DNA of 64,000 bases from Lachnospiraceae bacterium (lineage in GTDB: Bacteria > Bacillota > Clostridia > Lachnospirales > Lachnospiraceae). Position numbers and translations under genes: made by a program. Positions 27,597 through 37,696 of this stretch are shown piece by piece (within the stretch, counting starts at the first letter, position 1; every line of letters begins with the position of its first letter). The notes beneath the pieces were generated by a model, which ran no database searches, was not told where the DNA came from, and saw only the letters and a program-made list of their open reading frames with translations. Location of the stretch: the NCBI GenBank assembly GCA_045112915.1, contig JBGUIK010000058.1:4525-68524 (forward strand), in the 5' to 3' direction.

Positions 27597-28319
27597 ATGG
27601 CTCATTACGCACACACACCTACCCCGCACAACTCAGCGATGCCGGGAGACTTCGCAAAGACATGTCTTTTGCCCGGAGATCCGCTGAGGGCGAAATTTAT
27701 CGCTGAAAACTTTCTTGACAACGCGCGCCTCGTGAACGGTGTCCGGAATATCCTGGGATATACCGGAACCTATAAGGGTAAAGAAGTTTCAGTCATGGGC
27801 AGCGGAATGGGAATGCCCTCCATAGGCATTTACTCATTTGAACTCTTTAATTACTATGGATGTGAGAACCTGATACGCATCGGCTCGGCAGGGTCGATCA
27901 ATGAGAACGTCCACATCAACGACATAGTAGTGGCTGAGGGAGCAAGCACGACCTCCTCCTGGCAGGATCAGTATTGTCTGAACGGACACTTTTCAGCGAT
28001 CGCGTCCTGGGATCTTCTCTATAAATGCGCGCAGACCGCTGAGAGGATCGGCACGGACATCGTTGTCGGCAACTGCCTTTCCGAAGACGTATTCTACAAC
28101 ATGGACAGGGATGTTCCCGCTATATGGAGCAAGATGGGCATCATTTGCCTCGAGATGGAAGCGGCGGCTCTCTATATGAACGCAGCCCGTTGGAACAAGA
28201 AAGCTCTCGCCATTTTCACAATTTCCGATGAAATCTATTCCGGCAGGGAACTGAGTGCCGAGGACCGTCAGAAGACCTTTACGAAGATGATGGAGCTGGC
28301 TCTCGAGACAGCTATCTGA
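27597..28319 (+). CDS. deoD: Purine nucleoside phosphorylase (DeoD type)
   Basis: PTPH, LPGDPLRAKFIAENFL, GMGMPSIGIYS, RIGSAG, EMEAAAL. Confidence 0.96.
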   Translation: MAHYAHTPTPHNSAMPGDFAKTCLLPGDPLRAKFIAENFLDNARLVNGVRNILGYTGTYKGKEVSVMGSGMGMPSIGIYSFELFNYYGCENLIRIGSAGSINENVHINDIVVAEGASTTSSWQDQYCLNGHFSAIASWDLLYKCAQTAERIGTDIVVGNCLSEDVFYNMDRDVPAIWSKMGIICLEMEAAALYMNAARWNKKALAIFTISDEIYSGRELSAEDRQKTFTKMMELALETAI

Positions 28320-28354
28320 TACGGTCTTGCCCGTCATGATCAGGGAGACATTAT

Positions 28355-28771
28355 ATGAACGAACAGGTCAAAAAGGAAATGGTGGCCGAAGCCTTCAAAA
28401 TGCTGGAGTATTCGTATGCCCCCTACAGCCGTTTTAAAGTCGGCGCTGCTCTTTTAAGCGCCAATGGCATGCTGTACGGAGGATGCAACATTGAAAATGC
28501 CGCTTACGGCCCCTCGAACTGCGCGGAGAGGACTGCGGTCTTCCGCGCGGTCGCCTGCGGCGATCGGGATTTTACAGCCATCTGTGTTGTCGGCGGAAAG
28601 GAAGGCGAAGTCGTGGATTTCTGTCCGCCATGCGGTGTCTGCCGACAGGTGCTCAGGGAATTCTGCGATCCGGATACATTCACGGTGATTCTCGCAAAAT
28701 CTCCCGAAGAAACAAAAGAGCTCACCCTGGGTGAGCTGCTTCCGCTTAGTTTCGGCAAAGAGAATCTGTAA
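28355..28771 (+). CDS. cdd: Cytidine deaminase
   Basis: YAPYSRFKVGAA, NIENAAY..SNCAERTA, PCGVCRQ. Confidence 0.96.
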   Translation: MNEQVKKEMVAEAFKMLEYSYAPYSRFKVGAALLSANGMLYGGCNIENAAYGPSNCAERTAVFRAVACGDRDFTAICVVGGKEGEVVDFCPPCGVCRQVLREFCDPDTFTVILAKSPEETKELTLGELLPLSFGKENL

Positions 28772-28773
28772 GA

Positions 28774-29502
28774 TCAAGCGTTTTCAATCAACGGTGACTC
28801 GAATTCAAGAGCGGCGGCGATCTCATTCCACTCGGCTATGACGGAGACCGGGACCTCGATGAGGTCTCGGTTCTTAAAGGCAGCGGACACGCTGCCTGTG
28901 TAAGTGCGGGCGGTGCCTTCATTTTCAAATGCTGGATCGACACCGTATGGAGCCGGCACCCCAGTATCGCCCGTTTTTTGCGCAAATTCAATAAGGAGCG
29001 GTGAGAGATCTTTTCGGTCTCCGAAGTGTCCCGGATCCACAGCGAGAAAGCTGTGGGTTATTTTTGCGTCTGCGTTATCCTCATATACGGCTTCCCTGAC
29101 CACGGCAGCAAGGCCGTGGGCGGCTGCGACTTTCTCGTAGAGTCTGAGCCGCCGGACCGGCAGGAGCCCGCGTACAAGGACCATGCCGACCCCTTCGGTC
29201 GCCGCGGTCTCACATGCGCACTCCACTGCCAGAAGACATGTGAGATGAGGCTCGGTGCGGGATCCGTCAATCATCACTGAACGGCGTTTTTTCCCCGCAC
29301 GGACCGGCAGCGCTCTCGGATCTATGAGGCCGGATGTGACCCGGTCAAAAAGAACCGAGACAGCCTGAAAGTCGGATGAAGCCAGTATGATCTCCGACAG
29401 GGTCCGTCTTCTGGCGGCATCAAAGTCGAGCTTTGCGAGTACGGTCGTATAGAAATTCCGGAGTTCTCCGGCGGTTATTTTGATCGTGTTTTCCATAGTC
29501 AC
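28774..29502 (-). CDS. Degenerate, shortened Ldh_2 (malate/L-lactate dehydrogenase type 2) family homolog
   Basis: N-terminal fold signals (SGLIDP, MIDG, EGVGMVLVR) and C-terminal HSFLAVDP; 242 aa; the conserved His motifs and central region are missing. Confidence 0.6.
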   Translation of the reverse strand: MTMENTIKITAGELRNFYTTVLAKLDFDAARRRTLSEIILASSDFQAVSVLFDRVTSGLIDPRALPVRAGKKRRSVMIDGSRTEPHLTCLLAVECACETAATEGVGMVLVRGLLPVRRLRLYEKVAAAHGLAAVVREAVYEDNADAKITHSFLAVDPGHFGDRKDLSPLLIEFAQKTGDTGVPAPYGVDPAFENEGTARTYTGSVSAAFKNRDLIEVPVSVIAEWNEIAAALEFESPLIENA

Positions 29503-29813
29503 CTCACAGATTATGATTTATCGGAACCGCTGCGCGAACCCGATCATGTCAAGCGGTAAGTCCTAGCAATCATAACGCATCTTTGAGTGTTAGTAAACAG
29601 GTCTTTGCGCGGACCGCATTTGAGGAAGCGAAAATACGTCCTTGTGTCCGACGGATCCGCAGATAAACATAAATAAATTTATCCAAACGCAAATTAACTG
29701 TTGCGTTACACCGCTTTAAAGTGGTAAAATCATCCAGTACTTATATCAGACAGATGTGAAAAAGTATAGACTTCTGCGACTGCCTGAGTACTTAATAGAG
29801 AGGAGCAATTATT

Positions 29814-31121
29814 ATGAGCAAATATTTCTCTCCGGAGAGGGAGACCGCTTCCCGGGAACAGATCATTGAATGGCAGAACGCAGGCCTTGTCGACTGCGTT
29901 AAAAGAGTATGGGACAATGTTCCCTACTATCGGAAGAAGATGGAAAAGAAGGGTGTTACCCCCGATGACATAAAAGGCATCGAGGATCTTCACAAGCTTC
30001 CGTTCCTCACAAAGGATGACCTCCGTGACGCGTATCCGTACGGGCTTTTAGCCAGACCGCTCTCTGACTGTGTCCGCATCCACAGTACTTCGGGAACCAC
30101 GGGACGACGGGTCGTCGCTTTCTATACACAGAACGATATTGATCTGTGGGATGAGTGCTGCGCGCGCGCACTGACCGCTGCCGGCGCGACAGAAGACGAT
30201 GTTGTGCAGGTCAGCTACGGTTACGGCCTTTTCACGGGCGGTTTCGGCCTCAACGGCGGCTCTCATAAGGTGGGCTGCCTGACACTGCCCATGTCTTCAG
30301 GAAATACGGACCGTCAGATCCAGTTCATGACGGACCTCGGCGCGACAGTTCTGTGCTGCACACCTTCGTACGCGGCATATCTGGGCGAATCTATTCATGA
30401 GAGAGGGGTCCGCGATATGATCCATCTCAAAGCCGGCATTTTCGGCGCTGAAGCCTGGACGGAAGAAATGCGGCGCGATATTGAGCAGACTCTCGGCATC
30501 AAAGCCTATGATATTTACGGTCTGACCGAGATTTCAGGTCCCGGCGTCGCGTTCGAGTGCGAAAATCAGAACGGTATGCATATCAATGAGGACTATTTTA
30601 TTGTTGAAGTCATTGATCCCAAGACAGGGGAAGTGCTTCCGGACGGAGAGAAGGGTGAGCTCGTATTTACCGCATTTGCCAAGGAAGCGTTCCCGCTTCT
30701 CCGCTATCGCACAAAAGATATCTGCATCCTGTCCAGAGAGAAGTGTTCCTGCGGACGTACATTTGTAAAGATGACGAAGCCGCTCGGCCGCTCTGACGAC
30801 ATGCTTATTGTCAAGGGCGTCAACGTATTCCCGTCCCAGATCGAGACTGTCCTCCTGAACCATGGCTATGCAGCCAACTATCAGATTATCGTAGATCGTC
30901 ATAAGAACAGCGATTCGCTGGAAGTCCGCGTGGAGATGACTCCGGAGATGTTCTCCGATGAGCTGTCCAAGGTCTCCGCGAAGGAGAGAGAGCTTGTCGC
31001 CGGGCTCAAGTCCATGCTGGGTATCCATGCGGATGTCAAGCTTGTCACTCCGAAGAGCATTGTCCGCTCCGAAGGAAAAGCTGTCCGCGTTATTGACAAA
31101 CGCAACCTTTATAAAGGATAA
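29814..31121 (+). CDS. paaK: Phenylacetate-CoA ligase family
   Basis: HSTSGTTG, YGYGLFTGG, DIYGLTEISGPG, GRSDDMLIVKGVNVFPSQIE. Confidence 0.93.
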   Translation: MSKYFSPERETASREQIIEWQNAGLVDCVKRVWDNVPYYRKKMEKKGVTPDDIKGIEDLHKLPFLTKDDLRDAYPYGLLARPLSDCVRIHSTSGTTGRRVVAFYTQNDIDLWDECCARALTAAGATEDDVVQVSYGYGLFTGGFGLNGGSHKVGCLTLPMSSGNTDRQIQFMTDLGATVLCCTPSYAAYLGESIHERGVRDMIHLKAGIFGAEAWTEEMRRDIEQTLGIKAYDIYGLTEISGPGVAFECENQNGMHINEDYFIVEVIDPKTGEVLPDGEKGELVFTAFAKEAFPLLRYRTKDICILSREKCSCGRTFVKMTKPLGRSDDMLIVKGVNVFPSQIETVLLNHGYAANYQIIVDRHKNSDSLEVRVEMTPEMFSDELSKVSAKERELVAGLKSMLGIHADVKLVTPKSIVRSEGKAVRVIDKRNLYKG

Positions 31122-31154
31122 TAATTACACACACCTTTTAAGGAGGTAAATACT

Positions 31155-31595
31155 ATGACGACAAAGCAGATATCTGTATTTCTTGAAAACAGACCGGGAA
31201 CGCTTGCCGAGTTCTGCAAAGTCCTGCAGAAGAATAATATCGATATGCGGGCCATGTGTGTGGCTGACGCAATGGATTTCGGTATTGCGCGTGTCATCGT
31301 GGATAATGTCTATGATACCGTTACAGTTCTGAAGGATGAGGGCTATGTGTGTCAGATTACCAAGGTCCTCACGGTTGAGATGGAAGACCGGCCGGGCGCC
31401 CTGTCCGATATTCTTGCGCTGCTCGGCGAACAGAACATTAATCTGGAGTATACATATGCCTTCCTCACCCGCGAGAAGGACAAGGCTTATCTCGTCATCA
31501 AGGTCGCTGACAACGCCGCTGCTGCCGACATTCTCAAAAAGAACGGCGTCAAAGTCATCTGCCAGGATGAGCTCGAGAAGATTTTCGGAGATTAA
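31155..31595 (+). CDS. Tandem ACT-domain protein
   Basis: KQISVFLENRPGTL, EDRPGAL, NLEYTYAF. Confidence 0.92.
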   Translation: MTTKQISVFLENRPGTLAEFCKVLQKNNIDMRAMCVADAMDFGIARVIVDNVYDTVTVLKDEGYVCQITKVLTVEMEDRPGALSDILALLGEQNINLEYTYAFLTREKDKAYLVIKVADNAAAADILKKNGVKVICQDELEKIFGD

Positions 31596-31622
31596 TCAAA
31601 AGTTTGCGCAAAATACAAAGAC

Positions 31623-31657
31623 GAGGGACTGCTGCTTTGCGGCAGTCCCTCTCTTTT
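31623..31657 (+). terminator. Intrinsic terminator
   Basis: GAGGGACTGC...GCAGTCCCTC followed by TCTTTT. Confidence 0.75.
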
Positions 31658-31660
31658 GTC

Positions 31661-31925
31661 GTTCAGGTCTCGCTCGCGAGGCTGGCCGAAATTGTGACAG
31701 TTCGGACAGGCTGCAGCGGAGTATCAGAATCCGGCGCAAACATCATCTTCATCGAAAAACGTATATCCTTCCCTACGAGCCTGCAACACGCTACGCATGT
31801 TGCGGTCTCTCAGTCGGATATACAATGTTTTTCTCACGAAGAAGGATGCTTTGCTGCCGGTAACGCAACATGAGAACAGCCTGTCTGAACTGTCAAGCGA
31901 AATATGGGGCAGCGACGGCTGAAAT
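31661..31925. mobile_element. Most complete family A/C element (MITE-like, long imperfect inverted ends)
   Basis: TGACAGTTCGGACAGGCTG (31695) / CAGCCTGTCTGAACTGTCA (to 31895); weaker outer TTCAG..TCGCT symmetry; core inverted at 31826-31858. Confidence 0.65.
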
Positions 31926-31997
31926 AAAAATCGGACTTCACAAACCTGACACAAAGTGCCATTATGATACAGTGGGTTATAAAGGAGGAAGAGCGCT

Positions 31998-33155
31998 TTG
32001 ATTGAAGTGAGAAACCTTACAAAAAAATACGGAGATCACATCGCGGTCGATCATCTGAGCTTTAAAGTAGATGAAGGTCAGGTATACGGTTTTCTGGGAC
32101 CGAACGGTGCAGGAAAGTCCACGACAATGAATATCATGACAGGATATCTGGCCGCTACCGAGGGCGATGTCATTATAAACGGCTACAACATCCTTGAGGA
32201 GCCGGAAAAAGCCAAGAGAACGATCGGCTATCTGCCCGAGATTCCCCCGCTGTATCCAGATATGACGGTGCGGGAATATCTGACATTTGCGGCGGAGCTG
32301 AAGAAGGTCCCGCGGAAGGAAGTAAAACTTGCGGTGGTCCACGCCATGCAGGAGCTTTCCATTATGGACGCCGCGGACAGGCTGATCCGTCATCTCTCGA
32401 AGGGATACAAACAGAGAGTCGGTTTTGCCCAGGCTATCATAGGAGATCCTGAGACTCTCATACTGGATGAGCCGACGGTCGGACTTGACCCGAAGCAGAT
32501 CATCGAGATCCGGGAGCTCATAAAGTCCCTCGGCAGACGGCACACGGTCATATTGAGTTCTCATATTCTCGCTGAGGTCAGCGAGATCTGTGACACTGTG
32601 CTCATCATGTCCCGCGGCCGCCTTGTTGCGCTGGATTCCCCCGAGAATCTTGCCAAAAAGAGTGCAGGTGCCTCTGTCACTATTACATCCCCTGCCACTG
32701 CGGATGAGATGCGGTCTGCCCTGGAAAATCTGGAACATGTTACCGGGATGGACTTCGCCGATGACGGCGTGGGCACTGTCACAGCGCTTGTGACTTTTGA
32801 CGGTGAGGAAGACCCGAGAAAGGATATCATTAAAGCCCTCAGTGCCGGCGGATGCGCCTACTACAGCGTGGATGTGCAGCGGGCAAGTCTTGAGGATATT
32901 TTCCTTGAGCTTACGGACAGTGAAGACGATGATTTCGATGACACGGAGGACGACCTGACAGAAGATACTGAGTCACAGGGCAGTGCGGATTCTTCGAAGA
33001 CGCAGGAAGAGACGGTTTCTGATGATCAGGAGCCGGAGAGCTGTGGATCTGATTCTGCTGCGGATACCGAACAGTCTGAGACACAGGAAGAAGCAGACAG
33101 CGGAGAAGAAGCAGGCAGCGGGGAGGAAGCAGGCAGCGGGGAGAAAGCGGAATGA
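31998..33155 (+). CDS. ABC-2 type ATP-binding protein (GldA-like) with an acidic tail
   Basis: GPNGAGKST, LSKGYKQRV, LILDEPT; TTG start. Confidence 0.93.
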   Translation: MIEVRNLTKKYGDHIAVDHLSFKVDEGQVYGFLGPNGAGKSTTMNIMTGYLAATEGDVIINGYNILEEPEKAKRTIGYLPEIPPLYPDMTVREYLTFAAELKKVPRKEVKLAVVHAMQELSIMDAADRLIRHLSKGYKQRVGFAQAIIGDPETLILDEPTVGLDPKQIIEIRELIKSLGRRHTVILSSHILAEVSEICDTVLIMSRGRLVALDSPENLAKKSAGASVTITSPATADEMRSALENLEHVTGMDFADDGVGTVTALVTFDGEEDPRKDIIKALSAGGCAYYSVDVQRASLEDIFLELTDSEDDDFDDTEDDLTEDTESQGSADSSKTQEETVSDDQEPESCGSDSAADTEQSETQEEADSGEEAGSGEEAGSGEKAE

Positions 33156-34018
33156 GAGCTATTTATAAAAAAGAAATAAAGAGCTACGCCACATCCATGT
33201 CCGGACCAATCGCGGTGGCGGTCATGCTTCTGGTCGTCGGCTACATGTTCAGATACTATAATCTGTCCTACGGGACAGCTTCACTGGTATATACGGTTTT
33301 TAACTCTAATCTGATTTTTTATATTGTCGTCCCGGTCCTGACCATGCGCACATTCACGGACGAACGTCGTCAGAAGACCGACCAGCTGCTGCTCACGGCA
33401 CCGGTATCGCTTATCGATATTGTGCTCGGCAAGTACTTTGCGCTCATCACGGTATTCGCCATGCCGATCCTTGTGATGTGCGTCCTTCCCCTCATTCTGA
33501 TCCCGCTTGGCGGCGGTGAGATGATGGGTACGGCTTACCTGTCGATCCTGGTCTTTTTTGCGATGGGCTGCGCGTACCTCTCCTGCGGCATGTTCATCTC
33601 ATCGCTGACAGACAACCTGATCATCTCCGCGATCGGAGGAATTCTTTTTGTGTTCGCGACCATGATTATTCACAATGCGTATTCTATGGTCTCGGCATCG
33701 AACTTTGCCTCTCTGATATTCTTTATCGTTCTGGCGGTTCTTCTGGGGATCCTCGTCTATGTGATGACAAGATTTTACTGGGCATCGCTGGGGGTGATTC
33801 TTGTGTGCGCGCTGGCTGCATTTGCAGCGTTCATGGTGAATCCGGACTGGTTCGGCGGCAAGTCTGAAAAGATTTTGTCGGTATTCGACTTTTTCTCGCA
33901 TTTTGAATCATTCGCGTACGGTTCTTTCAGTATCCCGGATCTTCTTTACTTTGTGTCTGTGTCGATCGTTGGCATCGTGCTGACCATAGCGCGGATCCAG
34001 AAGAGAAGATGGTCGTAA
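33152..34018 (+). CDS. ABC-2 type permease (GldF-like)
   Basis: LTMRTFTDERRQKTDQLLLTAP...IVLGKY. Confidence 0.9.
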   Translation: MRAIYKKEIKSYATSMSGPIAVAVMLLVVGYMFRYYNLSYGTASLVYTVFNSNLIFYIVVPVLTMRTFTDERRQKTDQLLLTAPVSLIDIVLGKYFALITVFAMPILVMCVLPLILIPLGGGEMMGTAYLSILVFFAMGCAYLSCGMFISSLTDNLIISAIGGILFVFATMIIHNAYSMVSASNFASLIFFIVLAVLLGILVYVMTRFYWASLGVILVCALAAFAAFMVNPDWFGGKSEKILSVFDFFSHFESFAYGSFSIPDLLYFVSVSIVGIVLTIARIQKRRWS

Positions 34019-34027
34019 GGAGGCTGC

Positions 34028-35506
34028 ATGAAGAAAAAAATAGATATGAAAACTCTTACCAACGGTTCCTACTCGATGGCTCTGACGGCCATCATTATTG
34101 CGGCAATCGTCCTGGTCAATCTTATTGTGGGAGCGCTGCCTGCGGATGTGACGAAGTTTGACACCTCCTATAACAAGCTGTTCACGATCGGCGATACGAC
34201 CCGTGAGGTCCTTGCGGGCCTCAGTGATGGCGTCACGCTGAATTTCATAACGAAGATCGGTTCCGAGGACGAACGCATTGAAAAGCTGCTCGAATCCTAT
34301 GACGCGGCCTCAGAGCGTGTGAAGGTCAAAAAGGTAGATCTTGTGGCAGATCCGACATTCGCGAAAGAGTATACGGATGCAAATGTCCCGTCGGGCAGCG
34401 TCATTGTCACTTCCGGCGATAAGTCAAAAGTGATTGATTACAACAGTATCTACGTCACTGATTACACGAACTACAAGTCGTCCTTTGACGGGGAAGGACA
34501 GATCACGTCGGCGATCGCCTATGTGGCTGCGGAAAATTCAGGAAAAGTGTGCTACACGGCAGGACACGGTGAGATCGCGCTCTCAGCGGAGATGACGGAT
34601 ACGCTTGAGAAGGCCAATATAACCGCCTCCGAGCTGAATCTGCTCAGCTCCCAGATCCCCGGTGACTGCGAAGCCCTTATTATATTCGCGCCGGGCAGCG
34701 ATTTTACCTCGGATGAGGCGGAAAAGGTCAAAAAGTATCTTGAAAATGGCGGTCACGCTATGATCGTCACATTGGCAACAAGCACGGAGATGCCCAATCT
34801 GGCCGGCATCCTTAAGGTTTACGGCGTGAGCGCGGTCAACGGATATGTCCTGGAAGGCGATCCGGATTATTACACTGAGATACCGTACCTGCTTCTTCCG
34901 GTGGCATCGACCTCCTCACAGGTGACAGCTTCGGTGGCGGGGACGAACCTGCTCTACGGGTTCGCTCAGGGGATCGAGACGGCAGAGAGCGATGACCTGA
35001 ATGTCGTCGTGACGCCTCTCTTTACGACGTCTGCTAAAGCTTTCAGCAAATTCCTGATGTCCCAGACGATGGAAAAAGAGAACGGTGAGCCGGAAGGACC
35101 CTTCACATTGGCAGTCCAGATCGAGGAGAACCGCTCTGTGGGATCTATCGGGGAGGCTGATATTGACCTCGAGGGTGACGACAAAGAAGAAAAGACAGAG
35201 GGGAGCGGGCTGACCAAGATTCTATACTATACATCTCCATGCCTTTTCAGCTCGGATGCCCTGTCATCCCTGCTTCAGATGTACACGGAGATGCCTGCCG
35301 GCAATATGAAGCTTTTTGCCGACTCTGTCACCTACCTCACGGATAAGGAAATGACAGTGTCGATTGAAGCAAAGTCGATGGATGAGCCGAGACTGACTGT
35401 CTCGGAAGGCAAACAGACGCTGCTCGGCAACACGCTTATGTTCGGCCTCCCTGCCGCAGTCCTTATCGCGGGAATCGCGGTGACAGTCAGGAGACGCAGA
35501 AGATAA
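34028..35506 (+). CDS. GldG family ABC auxiliary protein
   Basis: DTSYNKLFTI, DLVADP, EGQITSAI, YTAGHGE; TM helices at both ends. Confidence 0.87.
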   Translation: MKKKIDMKTLTNGSYSMALTAIIIAAIVLVNLIVGALPADVTKFDTSYNKLFTIGDTTREVLAGLSDGVTLNFITKIGSEDERIEKLLESYDAASERVKVKKVDLVADPTFAKEYTDANVPSGSVIVTSGDKSKVIDYNSIYVTDYTNYKSSFDGEGQITSAIAYVAAENSGKVCYTAGHGEIALSAEMTDTLEKANITASELNLLSSQIPGDCEALIIFAPGSDFTSDEAEKVKKYLENGGHAMIVTLATSTEMPNLAGILKVYGVSAVNGYVLEGDPDYYTEIPYLLLPVASTSSQVTASVAGTNLLYGFAQGIETAESDDLNVVVTPLFTTSAKAFSKFLMSQTMEKENGEPEGPFTLAVQIEENRSVGSIGEADIDLEGDDKEEKTEGSGLTKILYYTSPCLFSSDALSSLLQMYTEMPAGNMKLFADSVTYLTDKEMTVSIEAKSMDEPRLTVSEGKQTLLGNTLMFGLPAAVLIAGIAVTVRRRRR

Positions 35507-35556
35507 GATTTTGATAACACGCGGCAGAGTCTGCGTGTTATCTTTTTGGAGGAACA

Positions 35557-36093
35557 ATGATGAAGAAAAAAATGACTGCACTCCTCTTTGCGCTCGGCGT
35601 TCTTTGCGTTCTTACAGGAGTGTTCTTTCTTGTGAAGAGCCGCTCTGCAGCATATGAGGAAGAGCAGAAAGTAAACTATGACACACTGATCGATCTGACG
35701 GCGAACAAAATTGCGCGGATCGAGTGGGAGACCTCCGGCGGGGAGAAACTCGCATTTGCAAGAGAGAGCGGAGAGTGGAAGTACGAGTACGACGAGACAT
35801 TTACAGTGGACCAGGAGAAAGCCAACCTTCTGGCATCGGGAATGACAGGTGTCTCGGTATATCAGGTGATTCCCGATGTCACGGATCTTGCCTCTTACGG
35901 GCTTGATGCTCCGGCTTACAGAATCTCGGTAACTGACCGGGATGGAAACGCGACCACCGTCCTCATCGGCGACAATAACGAGACGGCGGGGTCGGTCTAC
36001 GCTATATATGAGGGGAAGCCGGACACAGTATACTCCGTACAGCCGTCTATTAAGGCCGCAGTGGAAAAGAAGCTCTCGGATTTTGCCGGTTGA
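35557..36093 (+). CDS. DUF4340-like exported protein
   Basis: N-terminal [17 protein letters not shown] motif; typical partner of Gld-type ABC genes. Confidence 0.75.
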   Translation: MMKKKMTALLFALGVLCVLTGVFFLVKSRSAAYEEEQKVNYDTLIDLTANKIARIEWETSGGEKLAFARESGEWKYEYDETFTVDQEKANLLASGMTGVSVYQVIPDVTDLASYGLDAPAYRISVTDRDGNATTVLIGDNNETAGSVYAIYEGKPDTVYSVQPSIKAAVEKKLSDFAG

Positions 36094-36194
36094 ACTATAT
36101 TTCAGAGGCTGATTCTGATATAATGTGCAAAGAACTGTCTTATCAAACGCAGGATAACGGAAAGCGTGCCAAAGCGCACCTGAAGGAGGGGCAA

Positions 36195-36668
36195 ATGATC
36201 AGAGTCGGAAGCGGATATGATGTTCACAGACTTGTCGAGGGGAGAAAGCTTATCATCGGAGGTGTCGACATTCCCTATGAGAAGGGGCTGCTCGGACACT
36301 CCGACGCTGACGTTCTGCTCCATGCTATCATGGATGCGCTGCTCGGTGCAGCAGCCATGGGAGATATCGGTCTTCATTTCCCGGACACCGCCAAAGAATA
36401 TGAGGGCGCGGATTCGCTCATGCTGCTTCGCGCAGTGAGGGCAAAACTTGCCGACGGCGGTTTCGCCATTCACAACGTGGATGCGACGGTAATCGCCCAG
36501 GCTCCGAAAATGAGGCCGCACATCGACTTGATGCGGAAAAATATAGCCGATGCGCTGGAAATCCCTGTCCAGTGCGTGAACGTTAAGGCCACGACTGAGG
36601 AAAAACTCGGTTTTACCGGCGAGGGCCTGGGCATTTCCGCCCAGGCAGCAGCGCTGATCGACGGCTGA
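36195..36668 (+). CDS. ispF: 2-C-methyl-D-erythritol 2,4-cyclodiphosphate synthase
   Basis: [29 protein letters not shown]. Confidence 0.97.
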   Translation: MIRVGSGYDVHRLVEGRKLIIGGVDIPYEKGLLGHSDADVLLHAIMDALLGAAAMGDIGLHFPDTAKEYEGADSLMLLRAVRAKLADGGFAIHNVDATVIAQAPKMRPHIDLMRKNIADALEIPVQCVNVKATTEEKLGFTGEGLGISAQAAALIDG

Positions 36669-36737
36669 CCGTTAATTTAACTTCCCCCATTTTTACGGTG
36701 AGACTGTGTTTTGGAACCGGTATGGGAAGTTTACGTT

Positions 36738-36828
36738 TATCTCAGCGGGTGATTGTGACCCGCCACAGAGACGAACAGGATATTGATTTACCCACTGTCT
36801 GTGGAAGCGGGGGCTTCCCCGCTGAGAT
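36738..36828 (+). repeat. Structured repeat family D copy
   Basis: ATCTCAGCGGG/CCCGCTGAGAT perfect 11-bp inverted ends; internal TTACCCACTGTCTGTGGAAGCGGGGGCTT. Confidence 0.72.
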
Positions 36829-36854
36829 CAATAATAATCCCGGGAGGATATAGT

Positions 36855-37655
36855 ATGGGCTGGTACAAAGAACTGAAAGAGACGTATGAAATCTACAGAG
36901 AGCGGGATCCTGCAATCAGGACCTATTGGGATGTCCTTCTGTACCCCTGTTACCATGCTCTGAGATCCTACAGAAAAGCGAACAAGCTCTGGAACGCAGG
37001 CCATCACTGGCGTGCAAGACTGATATCTCAGCGCGCAGCCAGAAAGACCGGTATAGAGATCCACCCCGGCGCGACAATAGGCAAAGGATTGTTCATCGAC
37101 CACGGGACCGGAGTCGTCATCGGAGAGACAACTATTATCGGGGATAACTGCACTTTATATCAGGGTGTTACTCTCGGCGGTACCGGTAAGGAACAGGGCA
37201 AGCGCCATCCGACGCTGGAAGACGGTGTGATGGTGTCTGCAGGAGCCAAAGTGCTCGGATCCATCACAATAGGCGCGAATTCCAAGGTCGGCGCGGGTTC
37301 CGTCGTTCTGAAGTCCGTCCCGCCAAACTGCACGGTCGTCGGCGTACCGGGTCGTGTTGTGCGAATGAAGAATCAGGTCGTTCCGAGGGACAACATCGAT
37401 CAGATCCATCTCCCGGACCCGATCCTGCAGGATATGAAGGTGCTCGAGAGAGTCAACACCGAGCTCATCAACCGCATGCTGGCAGTTGAGGAAGAAATCC
37501 GGCGGCTTGGGAATGAGAAAAGAGGTACCATACCGGGTGAAGAGCGCTTCTGTGAGTCCGATTATCTCAGAGAGAAGAAGACTATAAAGATTCAGCCTGA
37601 AGCCGAGCGGGATTATGAAGAAATCGACGACTGCGTATTTGCGGATTATATCTGA
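36855..37655 (+). CDS. cysE: Serine O-acetyltransferase
   Basis: RDPA, TGIEIHPGA, FIDHG, GKRHPT, VVGVPG. Confidence 0.96.
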   Translation: MGWYKELKETYEIYRERDPAIRTYWDVLLYPCYHALRSYRKANKLWNAGHHWRARLISQRAARKTGIEIHPGATIGKGLFIDHGTGVVIGETTIIGDNCTLYQGVTLGGTGKEQGKRHPTLEDGVMVSAGAKVLGSITIGANSKVGAGSVVLKSVPPNCTVVGVPGRVVRMKNQVVPRDNIDQIHLPDPILQDMKVLERVNTELINRMLAVEEEIRRLGNEKRGTIPGEERFCESDYLREKKTIKIQPEAERDYEEIDDCVFADYI

Positions 37656-37696
37656 TGTCCGCTCCGCAGTCTGATTGGTGTGAGGAATTGGAGTGT

